DNA of 64,000 nucleotides. It comes from Octopus sinensis. Its lineage: Eukaryota. This document shows positions 12,665-25,194 of the stretch, in pieces. Location of the stretch: contig NC_043005.1 in NCBI RefSeq assembly GCF_006345805.1, positions 77,500,001-77,564,000 of the forward strand, written 5' to 3'. Under the pieces are notes generated by a model. That model made no database searches. It was not told the DNA's origin and was given only the letters and a program-made list of their open reading frames with translations. Numbering within the stretch: position 1 is the stretch's first letter; every line of letters starts with the position of its first letter. The translations under genes were made by a program, and so were the position numbers.

Positions 12665-12961
12665 TTAACTACAACAATACTTCATTATTTACATTATTTA
12701 GATTTGATGGATATTTGTCATCATTTTGTTTGTTATTAACACAACGTTTCGCCTGATATACCCTCCAGCCTTCATCAGGTGTATTGGGGAAATTTCGAAC
12801 CTGGATTCTCATTCCTAAGGAATTTTTCGATGTTACCTTTATTGTTGTTGTTGTTGTTATTATTATTATTATTATTATTATATTATTATTATTATTATTA
12901 TTATTATGCAGGTCACTGCCTGGAATCGAACTCGGAATCTTGGGGTTAGTTGCCCGCTCTC
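12665..12961 (-). mobile_element. tRNA-like-headed short element carrying a minimal hammerhead ribozyme
   Basis: Minus strand: tRNA-like arm and B-box GAGTTCGATTCC (~12922-12955), then (TAA)n, then a hammerhead motif. Confidence 0.65.
12739..12782 (-). ncRNA. Minimal type I hammerhead ribozyme motif
   Basis: ACAC-CTGATGA-A-GGCTG...CAGGC-GAAA-CG-TT-GTGT; helix I ACAC/GTGT; one mismatch in helix II. Confidence 0.75.
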
Positions 12962-13448
12962 TACTAGTAGCAGTAGTGGCGGTGGTGGTAGCAGCAACAA
13001 TAACATCTTTTGCTTGTTGTTGTTCAGTACTTGATCAGCCATGAACGTCCCTTTATTTTTCAACACTGGTCTATCTACCTATCAACAGCGTTCGACCGAA
13101 ATGACAGCTTCACGAAAATTACTTTTTTATCAGAAAACGCGTTCCAACAATTACCATTCCGTCTTTTTTTATACATCATTTAATAAGTGTGTAATGTCTA
13201 GTAGTGCTATTTCTATTTCTATTTTTATTCTCTGCCTTGTGTATGTATTTTTGTTATATATCTGTTTGCAAAACGTTTATGATTCCCAAAGTACCTATTA
13301 TTACAAAGAAGATAGTTTTTAATCACCACATTAAATTTATCTATTATAGTTTCTCACATCATTTATTCGAATATAGATTCTCTCTGTTTCAGATCTTTGT
13401 ATATTTATGTAGTTTCTCCATTTCCTTTATTATTATTTTCCTTATTAA

Positions 13449-13627
13449 GGCGGCGAGCTAACAGTGTTGTTGGCAAGCTGGACAAAGTCCTTAGAGGTAT
13501 TCTGCCCGTCTATACGTTCTGAGATCAAATTCTGCCGAGGTCAACTTTTCCTTTCATCCTTTCGAGGTCGATAAATTAAGTACTGGGGAAACGCGAAATT
13601 TCAGGCCTCGTGCCCAAAGTAAACAGA

Positions 13628-13684
<57 letters not shown>
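13449..13684 (+). mobile_element. SINE family A with the alternative tail, followed by (ATT)n
   Basis: GGCGGCGAGCT head, CCTTTCATCCTTTCGAGGTCG core, CAGGCCTCGTGCC tail. Confidence 0.8.
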
Positions 13685-14020
13685 GAATAGGAGAGCAGTG
13701 CATACCATCAGTGAAACTAGGGTAAAATATACGAAGCCCAGTATACCCATCATGTCTACCCGTCTGATAAGGGTACACCAGGCACATGTATCACAACCAT
13801 ATGTGCGTGACAGGGTGATCTCATATCAAGATAAACAGCGCATGACCTTGCATGTGGGGCACAATTAGAATTTTCTTCAGGTCATATAGCCCAGGTCGCT
13901 TAATGAAACGGTACATTCATAGATGTGCAATAGAACAGACAGAAAGTGTCTTGCGTAAGATACGTGCTTTCCAGAGCAGGGCTTATTCTGGATTGATAGT
14001 ATATAAGGGTGTGATCGTTG
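13685..14020 (-). mobile_element. 3' fragment of an R4/Dong-like non-LTR retrotransposon abutting (TAA)n
   Basis: Frameshifted minus-strand IQ..ALL..ARILRKTLS resembles the R4-clade C-terminal QKxxLLGTAxILRxxL; the 3' end runs into (TAA)n, the known Dong target. Confidence 0.55.
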
Positions 14021-14050
14021 GTATATTTCTTTCCTTCGTTTTTGTTCATA

Positions 14051-14458
14051 CGAGGGTGGACTGAGACGTTCATAGGTTAACTATGAAAGGATGAGGGTAG
14101 AGCTATGAACTTTTACACGCATTAATTTCAGTCCTTATTGATAACTGCATTGTTTTTCAGGTAAACTGGCATCTGACTGTTTAAAGAAGACTTCAACAGT
14201 AACTAGGAGCGAGTTCGCTTGAAAATGAACAAAATCTAGCATTGTGGTGTTATCAAGTACCTGCAGGAAAATGGTTCAATCTCCAAGGACATTCATGCTG
14301 ATGTGGTTGCTACATCAGAGGATGACGCTCAGATTTTATCAACAGTGCAAAAACGGGCAGCTGAATGCGGGAGGGAGAGGGAAAGGCTTGAAGAGGACAT
14401 AGTGTTTGGATATCCTTCAACTGCCATCACTGAGGAAAACATTGATCGTCTTCACCAA
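14051..14458 (+). mobile_element. Mariner transposon 5' fragment
   Basis: TA|CGAGGG terminus; VIKYLQENG..KDIHADVVAT..STVQKRAAE...GYPSTAITEENID matches the mariner N-terminal HTH and RSGRP linker region. Confidence 0.88.
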
Positions 14459-14479
14459 GTACTTTCTTTCTTTTTTTCT

Positions 14480-14865
14480 TTTTTCTTTTATTTGTTTCAG
14501 TCATTTGACTGCAGCCATGCTGGAGCACCTCCTTTAGTCGAACAAATCGACCCCAGGACTTATTCTTTGTAAGCCCAGTACTCAATCTATCGGGCTCTTT
14601 TGTCGAACCGCTAAGTTACGGGGACTTAAACACACCAACATCGGTTGTCAAGTAATGGTGGGGTGGACAAACACAGGCACACAAACATATACACACACAT
14701 ATATGCATATACGACGGCCTTCTTTCAGTTTCCGTCTACCGAATCAAAGCTTTGGTCGGCCCGAGGCTATAGTAGAAGACACTTGCCCAAGGTGCCACGC
14801 ATTGGGACTGAACCCGGAACCATGTGGTTGGTAAGCAAGCTTCTTACCACACAGCTACTCCTGCA
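14480..14865 (-). mobile_element. SINE family B
   Basis: Reverse complement of the family B body and tail. Confidence 0.9.
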
Positions 14866-15064
14866 TACCTGGTACAATGTTCTTTTTTCAAATTCAGTGT
14901 CAATCCCAGCACTTTTATTAAAGTTTGGTACTTATTCTATCAGTTTCTTTTGCTTGACGATCGGTATCGTTTTTTTACTTACTTGTAACGCAGCAGTTGG
15001 GCAAAAGAATGACATTTTAATTTTTTATTTGATTATTTTAGTTTTGCCTTTTCTGTTGTTATTA

Positions 15065-16182
15065 TCTATATACATAAATGGCAATTTCTGCCTGTCTGAT
15101 CTGTCTATCTGCATGTCAGTTACCATCTTGCTGCCTATACCAGTGAACCAATCTTGACGAAACTTTGCATACATGTTAAACTAACATCCAGTTGAATTTC
15201 AATAAAAATCTAGGTGGAGCTGTAGCACATGCTTTCAAATCAATAACAGATCTACGGATATGAATTAAGTAAGTCTTCTGTAAGGTTCAACCATGCACTC
15301 CATGTAAACAGCGTGCCGCCTTTGTGACAACAACTCATCTTTCCAAAAGGAAAACAATTCTATATGCAGTGCCCGTACGTCACGTTAAGGTCATATTAAG
15401 GACACGGTCAGCTGCAGGACTCATGGATAGGACATAAAACAATGTAATGACCAATGACCTAGAAGTTGGTTCACCATGAGCTTTATTTGATGAATTAAAT
15501 CCAAATCACCATAACATCTTAATCATTTTTTATCAAGCAACGTGAGATACAGCCATGCTACGATAAGTTATGACACGCGACAACGCCAGCTACAATACGC
15601 GGACATTTTGTCTATGTATTTGTAAATCTATCTATTTATCTCATTTATTTTATTCTGATGCATATTCGCTTGTTAAAATAATATCGGGACATTCCTTGTT
15701 CACCCACTAATCAAATTGTAATACCTATTTTTGCCATGAGTTATTAACATAAACGACGGGCTGGACATAAAGACGGGAACTGAACAGGAAACGGGATAGG
15801 ACATGGAACAATGTAATGGTAAACGGGAACTTGGAATAACCTCCGCTTTCCCGGTGTTACCGGTCAACTCATTTATTTTACTCAGATGCATATTCGTTTG
15901 TTAAAATAATATAGGGACATTCCTTATTCACCTACTAATCGAATTAATAGTTTGTAACACCTATTTTTAACAATAAACTATTACCATTAAAGCTTAAAAA
16001 AAATTAATAGCGTAATTACACCTAACTTAGTCTAAAATTTATATATTGGTATAGGGGATAGAAATGGGAGCAGAACGAAAACGGGAACTGAACAGTGAGC
16101 GGGATAGGACATAAGACAGTTTAAGGGAGCGGAACTGGAAAAAAAACCCGCTTTCCCGGGTGTTACCGGGTAATTCAGTTAG
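15065..16182 (+). mobile_element. Non-autonomous Helitron-like element with a duplicated 3' module
   Basis: A|TCTATATACATAAA 5' end; CCCGGGTGTTACCGGG hairpin then TTAG|T; 15645-15870 is repeated at 15870-16182. Confidence 0.65.
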
Positions 16183-16915
16183 TACATACATACATACATA
16201 CATACATACATACATACATACATGTGTACATGTATGCATAAGTTTGCTTCATAATAAGCAAATGTAAAGTAATTTATTTCTGACGTCTTCTGATAGATGT
16301 CGTAAATTTAGCAATATTCAATCATTTTTATTTGATTTTAGTAAAAACTAAATAACTGTATTATAGACAGTATTGTATAAATCGAGTGTGTGATGCTTGT
16401 GCTTGTGTGTATTGCTTTAAGCGTCTTTGACAGTTAGTTACAAGCGGGAAGTTAGTTGCAAGTCTTTTAATGAAACTAGAATTTCTGCATACTTAATATG
16501 TCACTTATTGGAATAAAGGTCAGGTACACTATATTGCTGTCAGGTAAAAAGAAGGATTGTTTTGGGGGTTTTTTTTTTTGTTTTTTCTTAAAAGATAAAG
16601 ACTAGCCTGCTTTGGCATCTGACAGAATGTTTAAATCTAAAAAAAAATAATAATAATAAATCTTTATCGAAGCGGTTTATTTGAATGTCTCAGTCGAAAA
16701 TAAGAAAAAAAATAACTTATTCAGCAACAATTTATGTCAATGTATGTTTCGATCTGAAAATCTACGTCTTTTACAAAATTTGTTTTGATTTTTTTTCCAT
16801 TCACACGAAACTAAATATTTACCGTTAAAAGGTAAAAAAAATAGTATATTAAATCCTGATTCTATCTTTGAAATTTATCTACGTTGCATTTCTGTTTTTT
16901 TTTTATTTATTTTAA

Positions 16916-17149
16916 ACCTGTACCTATCCCGTGCATCGCATGTGGCACACATGACATATCTCCCTGACAGCCGTGAATCGTATATGATATAACTTCCCAA
17001 TTTTGTTTCAAGCAACGGAGTAACTCAGGATTTATGAAAGTAAAGCTTTATATTACTCAGAACGTAAGAAACACGGCATAACTAAAATTCCGAAAATAAA
17101 CAGGGGCGCTTAGAGAAAACTTAGGAAAATGTCTCGGATAGGCAAAGGG
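16916..17149. mobile_element. piggyBac-like MITE
   Basis: TTAA on both sides; imperfect TIRs ACCTGTACCTATCCCG and CTCGGATAGGCAAAGGG. Confidence 0.6.
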
Positions 17150-18124
17150 TTAAGCTAACAGACACTCAGAATTTAGAACATGTTTCCAGCACGGATAAAG
17201 ATACCTTTATCCTCACGTGATTGTCGCAAAAATAATCTCATTTACTTCACCTTCCAAAATCATAGGTCAACGTGGTTTATTAGCTCCATTGACCTCAACC
17301 AATCACCCAGGATTGATATCGTGATATGCATTACATCTGATTTTATATTATAGCCATAGTTAACCTCTTTCAATCATAGTTACATGATCTTCCTCAAATC
17401 ACATCAAATCTTCCTCTATCTACGCCATCAAATTTTTCCAAAAAATCACATTAAATATTGTAGTCCTAGGTACACTGTACCTGAATAAAAGACAAGGTAA
17501 TCAAGGCTTGAATAAAACTTTTCGATCAGGGCTGAAAGAAGACAAAACAAATAAAACATCGAAAACCCGCATGTCTAATGGCCAACGTTGTTTCTGAAAA
17601 GGGTAGGTTCTCACTGGATTAAACACTGGCTTTTCTAAAATAAGGAGCTGAACTCAGCTACACAAGCTAAAGGGATACTCTTCAATTTTACTATGCTACC
17701 ACTAATTGTAAGGGATAATTGCACTTACCCTTGGTGCATTCTTAAAGTTAGCGCAGCTATTTGAGGGCTAATGGTCATAATGTTGCACTGGTAACTGGTA
17801 CCGTATCGACATGATCATCTGAAGCATTCGCTGTAGAAAAATCTATATCCTGGAATAAGCCTAAAAATAGCGTTTGGGGAATCATTCCACCGTGACCTTA
17901 CATCCGATTGTATGACATTCACAGTGACAGTATAAAGACACAAAGACGTGCTTACATGCGAAGATATATAGAAGCATATTCAGGCGCACGCATACACACA
18001 TGTATTCATATACACACTTTTAGACGTATAGAGTCATTGGCATACACCTGTAGGAATATGTACTCGCGCCATATTTAGATATACATAGGTGGATAAACTA
18101 ATAGATTCAGAGATAAACTGAGAA

Positions 18125-18175
<51 letters not shown>

Positions 18176-18188
18176 TAGACAGACAGAC

Positions 18189-18224
<36 letters not shown>

Positions 18225-18395
18225 GGATGGATGGATGGATGGATGGATGAATGGATAGACTGACAGAGGACGGAGGAGAGTTACAGACGGGCAGACAGAC
18301 AGAGTGAGGACGGCGGAGGGTGACAGATAGACAGACGGACGGATGGATGGATGGATGGATAGACAGAGGACGGATGGATGGATGGATAGACAGAC

Positions 18396-18479
<84 letters not shown>

Positions 18480-18700
18480 TGATATTTGGCTCCAATTTTA
18501 AAAAAGAAAATCTTATTTTCATGTGGGCGAGATTTAAATCAGATTGGTTTTCTTCTGATCTGCTGGAGAATTACATAAGAAGTTATTTTGTTTCTACTTA
18601 AGTCCACACAAATCCAACCGGATAAAATCAGGCAATTCATCTCATCCACTTCAACTATTTATCATCTTTTATTATATTATTATTATTATTATTATTATTA

Positions 18701-18736
<36 letters not shown>

Positions 18737-18765
18737 TATTATTGTTGTTGTTATTGTTATTATTA

Positions 18766-18813
<48 letters not shown>

Positions 18814-18907
18814 CATTATTATTATTATTATTATAATTATTTTATCATTATTATTATTATATTATTATATTATTGTTATTATTTATTATTTATTATTATT
18901 ATTATCA

Positions 18908-18952
<45 letters not shown>

Positions 18953-18955
18953 CGT
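18125..18955. repeat. (GACA)n/(GATA)n/(GATG)n tract and a separate (ATT)n tract
   Basis: Direct inspection: 18125-18480 tetranucleotide, 18668-18955 trinucleotide. Confidence 0.95.
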
Positions 18956-19389
18956 ATTTGTTGAAAGTTTGCCAAAGACAATATATGTGTTGTCTTCAAA
19001 TCTTTTACTACTTAAAGTTTTATTTTTCTAATTAATCTTTTATCTGTCATCTATTATCTTTTACATGTTACAGTTATTAGACTGCGGCCAAGCTGGAGTA
19101 ACGCCTTGAAGACTTTTTTTTTTCGTCAAGTGAATCGACTCCTGCACTTTTCCTTTTCTTTTTGTTTTTGTTTTTTGTTAAGTCCGGTTCTTATTCTATC
19201 AGTAACTTTTGCGGAAACGCTACGTTAAGGTGACGTAAATACACCAACACCGGTTGTCAAGCGATAGTGAGGGACAAATACGGACACAGAAACACAAAAA
19301 CACACACATAAACACGCACTCAGACACACATATATATACACGACTTCACATCAGGAATCTTGCTGCACAATTCATAAACGTGTATATAT

Positions 19390-19424
19390 TTTATATTTAT
19401 ATATATGCATGTATATATATATAT

Positions 19425-19469
<45 letters not shown>

Positions 19470-19544
19470 ATGTATATATATATTATATATATGTAAGTAT
19501 ATATATATTATATATATGTATATATATATATGTATATATATATG

Positions 19545-19595
<51 letters not shown>

Positions 19596-19612
19596 GTAAT
19601 ATATATATTATG

Positions 19613-19690
<78 letters not shown>
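19390..19690. repeat. (TA)n microsatellite; comparable tracts at 40660-40800, 41660-41945, 45900-46010, 47460-47572 and 48148-48870
   Basis: Direct inspection. Confidence 0.95.
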
Positions 19691-19692
<2 letters not shown>

Positions 19693-20057
19693 TTATTAAT
19701 CCGAGGGGAGGCAATGTGAGCACCAACTAATGGAACATTACAAAATCCACAGAAAGATCAAACTACATATATTCATATATTCCATTTATATCTACAGAAC
19801 AGATATAAAGTCCGACTTTAAAAATATAGTAATAATAAATATATAAACACCATATAAAAAAAGTATCTTCTACTCTAAGCCCGGACCAACCAAAGCCCTG
19901 TGAATGGATTTGTTAGGCGAAGACTGAAAGAAGTCCGTCGGATGGATGGATGGATGAATGAATGGATGGGTGGATGGATGGATGGATGGATGGATGGATG
20001 GAAAGAAGGAAGAAGGAAAGAAAGAAGATGGAAAGAAAGAAAGACGGAGAGAAAGAG

Positions 20058-20088
<31 letters not shown>

Positions 20089-20316
20089 GTGAAAGAAAGA
20101 AAGATTCCAATTCATTGCTTTGTTATAGAATAAATATAGCCGCCCATACACAATCTGGTAGGGGAGGCGGGGTAAACAACATAGCTGGAATGACTTTGAT
20201 CAAAAGTCTACAAAGTGCGAGATGACATGGCGCTTGAAACATCAACGCAAATACGTGCGAAGCATATTACTTAACTGTCATTTGCATATATGTATGAATG
20301 TATATATATATATATA

Positions 20317-20450
20317 TCTGTATATATAAAAGGCAGGATGTGTGTGTGTGTGTGTGAATGTAATTTATGCACGTCCACAAATTAGTATGCATGTCGCTCC
20401 AATTTTATGAGGACATTCATCATGACAATCATCATGTAATATATAGAACC
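20317..20450 (+). mobile_element. Helitron-like 5' end fragment
   Basis: A|TCTGTATATATAAAAGGCAGGATGTGTG resembles the 5' ends at 15065 and 54903. Confidence 0.4.
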
Positions 20451-22545
20451 GGTGAAAAGAATGGATTATGCACGCGGCAACAAGAAGAATTCTTAGAAGA
20501 GTTTACTAAGATCTAACGCCATCATTTACTTGACACAGCCAAGAGGGTATCATTACTTTTTCTCTATTCTTCACTAAGAGACGAAAGATGAGCGACCGAA
20601 ACGTCAGATTATTCCCACTTTGCGGTAACTGAACTTACCAAATTTTTCAAGAAGCCCTTCCCTAATTTTTATGTTAATAACTCATCAACCTTATCGCAGA
20701 GTCTATAGGAGTTGGAGAATCAATGACAGTGCCAGCAACATCTGACGGTGTCTTTCCTAAAACGAAGAACACTCACAGCCCTTTTCCAATGCATAATTTT
20801 ACAAAGGTTCATAACAGTGGAACGGCAGATTTGTAAAGGAGTCGGGCAAAATTCTCCACTTCATTTGCTACGGATCTTCAAACTTTGAGTTCAAATCCTG
20901 CTGAGTTCAACTTGTTTTCACCTTTCTAGTGTCGATAAAACAAACCTCCGTGTCAATAACTGTGGTGCGACTTAATTAACCTGTCCCTCCTCTATATTTC
21001 TCGTTATGTTGATTAGAAAAGTTTGCAAGAAGTGGCTCCTCGAATATTTCTTGGTTTTGTTTCTTTTTCGGGAACGAGTCTGTCTTGCTATAAAAGTAAC
21101 TGGCCCTTCAAGATATGGGATAAAACTTATCTACAGAGAGTCAAAACTATTGAAAAGGTTGCAAGACGCAACGAAAATTTTAGGAGAATAAAAACAAGAA
21201 ATAAGTGGAAATTTTACCGGTGAGTGTGTTACATTATAAGGCACAAAAAGAAAATAACTCTCCCAAAACACAACAGAATATGCTTCAACACACGAACTCA
21301 TGTAAATAATCTTGCAAACCAAATCCAAAAGCGAAATATTATCAATAGAGTTGTCATGTATATCCATTTTCAGACATTGTGTCTATTTTTCAGATTAATT
21401 CTTGCAAAAGAAAAACCCTTTTTCTTTTTTTTTCTCCTTAATTGGATTTATTCCATCATTTTTAATCTGCACCATAATTGAGTCGAACATAGGGAAAAGG
21501 GATTTTTGTGGGGTTCATTTTATTTACTTGACATTTTAAAATCCCCATTTATTGGTGTTTAATTAATACTTTAATTAATACTTGTGTTTTAATCGGGTAA
21601 AAATAATGCTAAGGGACGCCGCTTTTACTATAGCAAATGCGGTGTCCCTTAACATCAACTTTTAATAATCTTAATAAGAGTTTTTATTAATAAAAAACTG
21701 GACACTAATGATGAGAAACAGTATTACAAAAGGGAAAAGAATAAGGAAGAAATATAAGAAAGAAAAATGATTAGGTAAGTCAGTCCAAGTGATTATATGG
21801 AAGAGTAATGATGGAGTGTGCAAGTGTTGTAATTGTGTACTAACAAGTATGTACAAATCAGCTCTAATTGAGCAAGAAAAATCTGTAAAGTGTAAAAAGC
21901 ATACTAAATAGTTTTGTAAACTCAAATCAAATTTAAAATATGTTTACGAAAACTAGAAACCAAAACATTGAAGTAAAAATAATTTTAAAATAAATATTGT
22001 GAACAAAAACTAAAAGAAATTTCACAGCAGTAATCGATCACCAAATTAATCTAATCAAAAGTTGCGATAGAGGAAATGTACTTGAAATGTTAAGTTACAT
22101 CGAACAAAATGCATTAGTCCAATCAAGGATATTACTGCTCTGGTTGTGCGTAAAGAATTAGTTGAAAATTTATAAAATGAATATGCTAGTGTGTGAGGAA
22201 GTATTCCTACTAGCGCCGGATGTTGCAGTCTCTTATTTTAGGGATAATTCCAGATGTATCGACAACTGGCAAAAGTCTTTATAATGTAACTGAAAATATT
22301 TTAACAATAAACGACACTGATGTAAATTATTATATTGAACTTGAGACAAAGAGCAAATAATGTTTGTGCGCGTTGATATTTATGTAAGTAATTCCATTGA
22401 ACCTGGCATCGAAAGCAAATTGTGCTTGTGAGCAATATATTTCCGCATATTGGATATTTGAGCATATAATATACTTTGATTTTTCCTGATAAAATATGTT
22501 TGTTTACTTGCCTTTTAATTTAAATTTCGTAATACCTGAACAATA

Positions 22546-22962
22546 TATTTCTTTATTGCCCACAGGGGGCTAAACATAGAGGGGACAAACAAGGACAGAC
22601 AAAGGGATTAAGTCGATTACATTGACCCCAGTGTGAAACTGGTACTTTATTTATCGACCCCGAAATTATGAAAGGCAAAGTCGACCTCGGCGGAATTTGA
22701 ACTGACAACGTAGCGGCAGACGAAATACCTCTTTCTTTACTACCCACAAGGGGCTAAACATAGAGGGGACAAACAAGGACAGACAAACGGATTAAGTCGA
22801 TTTCATTGACCCCAGTGCGTAACTGATACTTAATTTATCGACCCCGAAAGGATGAAAGGCAAAAGTCGACCTCGGCGGAATTTGAACTCAGAATGTAACG
22901 GCAGACGAAATACGGCTACGCATTTCGCCCGGCGTGCTAACGTTTCTGCCAGCTCGCCGCCC
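22546..22962 (-). mobile_element. SINE family A dimer with target-site duplication
   Basis: Two tandem units; TSD TAATACCTGAACAATA (22530-22545) and TAATAACTGAACAATA (22964-22979). Confidence 0.93.
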
Positions 22963-22969
22963 TTAATAA

Positions 22970-23170
22970 CTGAACAATAACAGCGTGGAAGATGCATATT
23001 AGCCATCCAAAAACAAACAGAAACTGTTAACTTCAGTTAAATATTTATTATCTGGTGTCGCAGTTGGTGCGACAAAAATTTTGACGCCAATAATAAATGT
23101 TTCAGTGAAGTTAACAGTCGTTGTGTGTTTTTGAATTGTTGATATGCATCTTCAATTCTGTAATTGTTTT
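22970..23170. mobile_element. Palindromic MITE-like element
   Basis: GAAGATGCATATTAGCCATCCAAAAACAAACAGAAACTGTTAACTTCA is mirrored by TGAAGTTAACAGTCGTTGTGTGTTTTTGAATTGTTGATATGCATCTTC. Confidence 0.75.
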
Positions 23171-23469
23171 ACTTTCAAAACATAGCCTCAGATCAAATCA
23201 CTTGCCAGGAAGAACGTTCCCGAAATTTCAAATACCAGAAACTGAAACTTGTACTGCATTTGTGCCTCCATCGACATGATTACAAGACGATTCAATAATC
23301 AAGTTTTAATTAACTCAATGGAAGTACCTACAACGAAGCATTTGCTTTCCTAGTTACGACTAGTTTGTTGATTAGGAGGACATGTAAAGAGATAATCCTG
23401 CTACAATGAAAGGATCTCAAAGCGTACCTTGTTTTGTGTTAAATGATTAGCAAAAAACATGTTCCTGCT

Positions 23470-23710
23470 CGTGCCATGCCAGGCTCATAAGGGCCGGTTT
23501 CCCGGTTTCAGTGACGTAGAAATTCCCCACCTGAACGGGACGCCGGTCGGACGCAGGATAACTCATTTTTGCCAGCTAAGTGGACTGAAGCAACGTGGAA
23601 TGAGGTGTTTTGCTCAAGAACACAACGCATCGCCTGGTCCAGGAATCGAAACCACAACCTTACGATCATGAGTTCAACACCCTAACCACTAAGAGCTATG
23701 CGCCTCCACA
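23470..23710 (-). mobile_element. tRNA-derived SINE family D; related copies at ~29660-29995(-), 36570-36830(+), 38330-38527(-), 47320-47450(-), 58768-59035(+), 62730-62960(+)
   Basis: TAGTGGTTAGG A-box, GTTTCGATTCC B-box, TTCTTGAGCAAAACAC block. Confidence 0.85.
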
Positions 23711-24620
23711 AAATGATTAGCAAGATTTACAAAACGCGTACCTCTAAATAATACTAAACTATATGATTCAAGACATAGTCATTATGCTTTAACTTTATTT
23801 TGCTTCCCTCCATATTGGTTTCATATATGGGCACAAGTAGTTTCGAGGAACGGGGCGAGACGATTACATCGACCGCAGTGTCCAGTTGAAACCTACGTTA
23901 TCGACACCGAAAGGATAAAAGGCAAAATTGACCTCGGCGGAATTTGAACTCAGAACGTAGAGACGGACGAAATGTCGCTAAGCATTTCGTCAGACGCGCC
24001 AACGATTCAACAATCTCGCGGCTTTTTTACTTCCCAAATATCTTGAATATCGTGTCCATAAATGTAGATTTTCAGGCTCCAAATCCCAACTTCAACAAAA
24101 TATTTGGAAACCTTGCTTAAGAAGTTATTTACTATAAAAAGTTTATAAATATTTCCAGCTACGAACCTACCGTGAGACTACGAGAAAGTTTTTAAAATGA
24201 CTCGAAATGTAGCAGCGTAAAGACAGAAAAAGGGTTGACTAAATGATGTTTTAATGTTTGATTGAAATTATAAAGCAGGTTGATTAAAGAATTGATAAGA
24301 AAATTGGATCTATAACTATGAAATGTGTAAAATACTTTGATGTAAATGCTACGGTAACTGGAAGTGCATCTGGAATGAAGCTAAAGCATAGTGTAAGATC
24401 TTGATATAGAAATTAGACTTTTTCCATTCAAAGTCGTGGTGGCATGCGTTAAAAGAGGACGACGGCACAGCACAGATACAAACCTGGTAAGTATGACTGA
24501 CACAAAGAGTTTGCCAGAAGAGGCTTACTTCAAATAATGTTTTGTTTTGTTTTATTTTCAGTGATTGTTTTGTAGGATTGTTATTGCAGGGAATATCCCG
24601 TATTATCTAAAAGTAAACTT

Positions 24621-24783
24621 GGCGCAGGAGTGGCTGTGTGGTAAATAGCTTGCTTACCAACCACATGGTTCCAGGTTCAGTCCCACTGCATGACACCTTG
24701 GGCAAGTGTCTTCTACTATAGCCTCAGGTTTAACCAAAGCCTTGTGAGTGAATTCGGTAGACGGAGACTGAAAGAAGCCCGTC

Positions 24784-24827
<44 letters not shown>

Positions 24828-25040
24828 TTGTGTGTCTGTGTTTGTCCCCCCAACATCGCTTGACAACTGATGCTGGTGTGTTTACGTCCCCGTAACTTAG
24901 TGGTTCGGCAAAAGAGAGCGATAGAGTAAGTACTAAGCTTACAAAGAATAAGTCCTCGGTGTCGATTTGCTCGACTAAAGGCGGTGCCCCAGCATGGCCG
25001 CAGTCAAATGACTGAAACAAGTGAAAGAGTAAAAGAGTAG
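24621..25040 (+). mobile_element. SINE family B, full-length copy
   Basis: GGCGCAGGAGTGGCTGTGTGG head through the ACTGAAACAAGTGAAAGAGTAAAAGAG tail. Confidence 0.93.
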
Positions 25041-25194
25041 AAAAAATATGCAAGAACAGGCTGATATATTACTAACTTTAAAAACGAATAATTTGTAAGA
25101 GACATGCAAGTCAGCGTCAGCCCTTGAAGCATATAATAGAAAACCAGCACAAATGGCAAATTTATTAATTGATTAGAAAATTTGTGAAATATTG

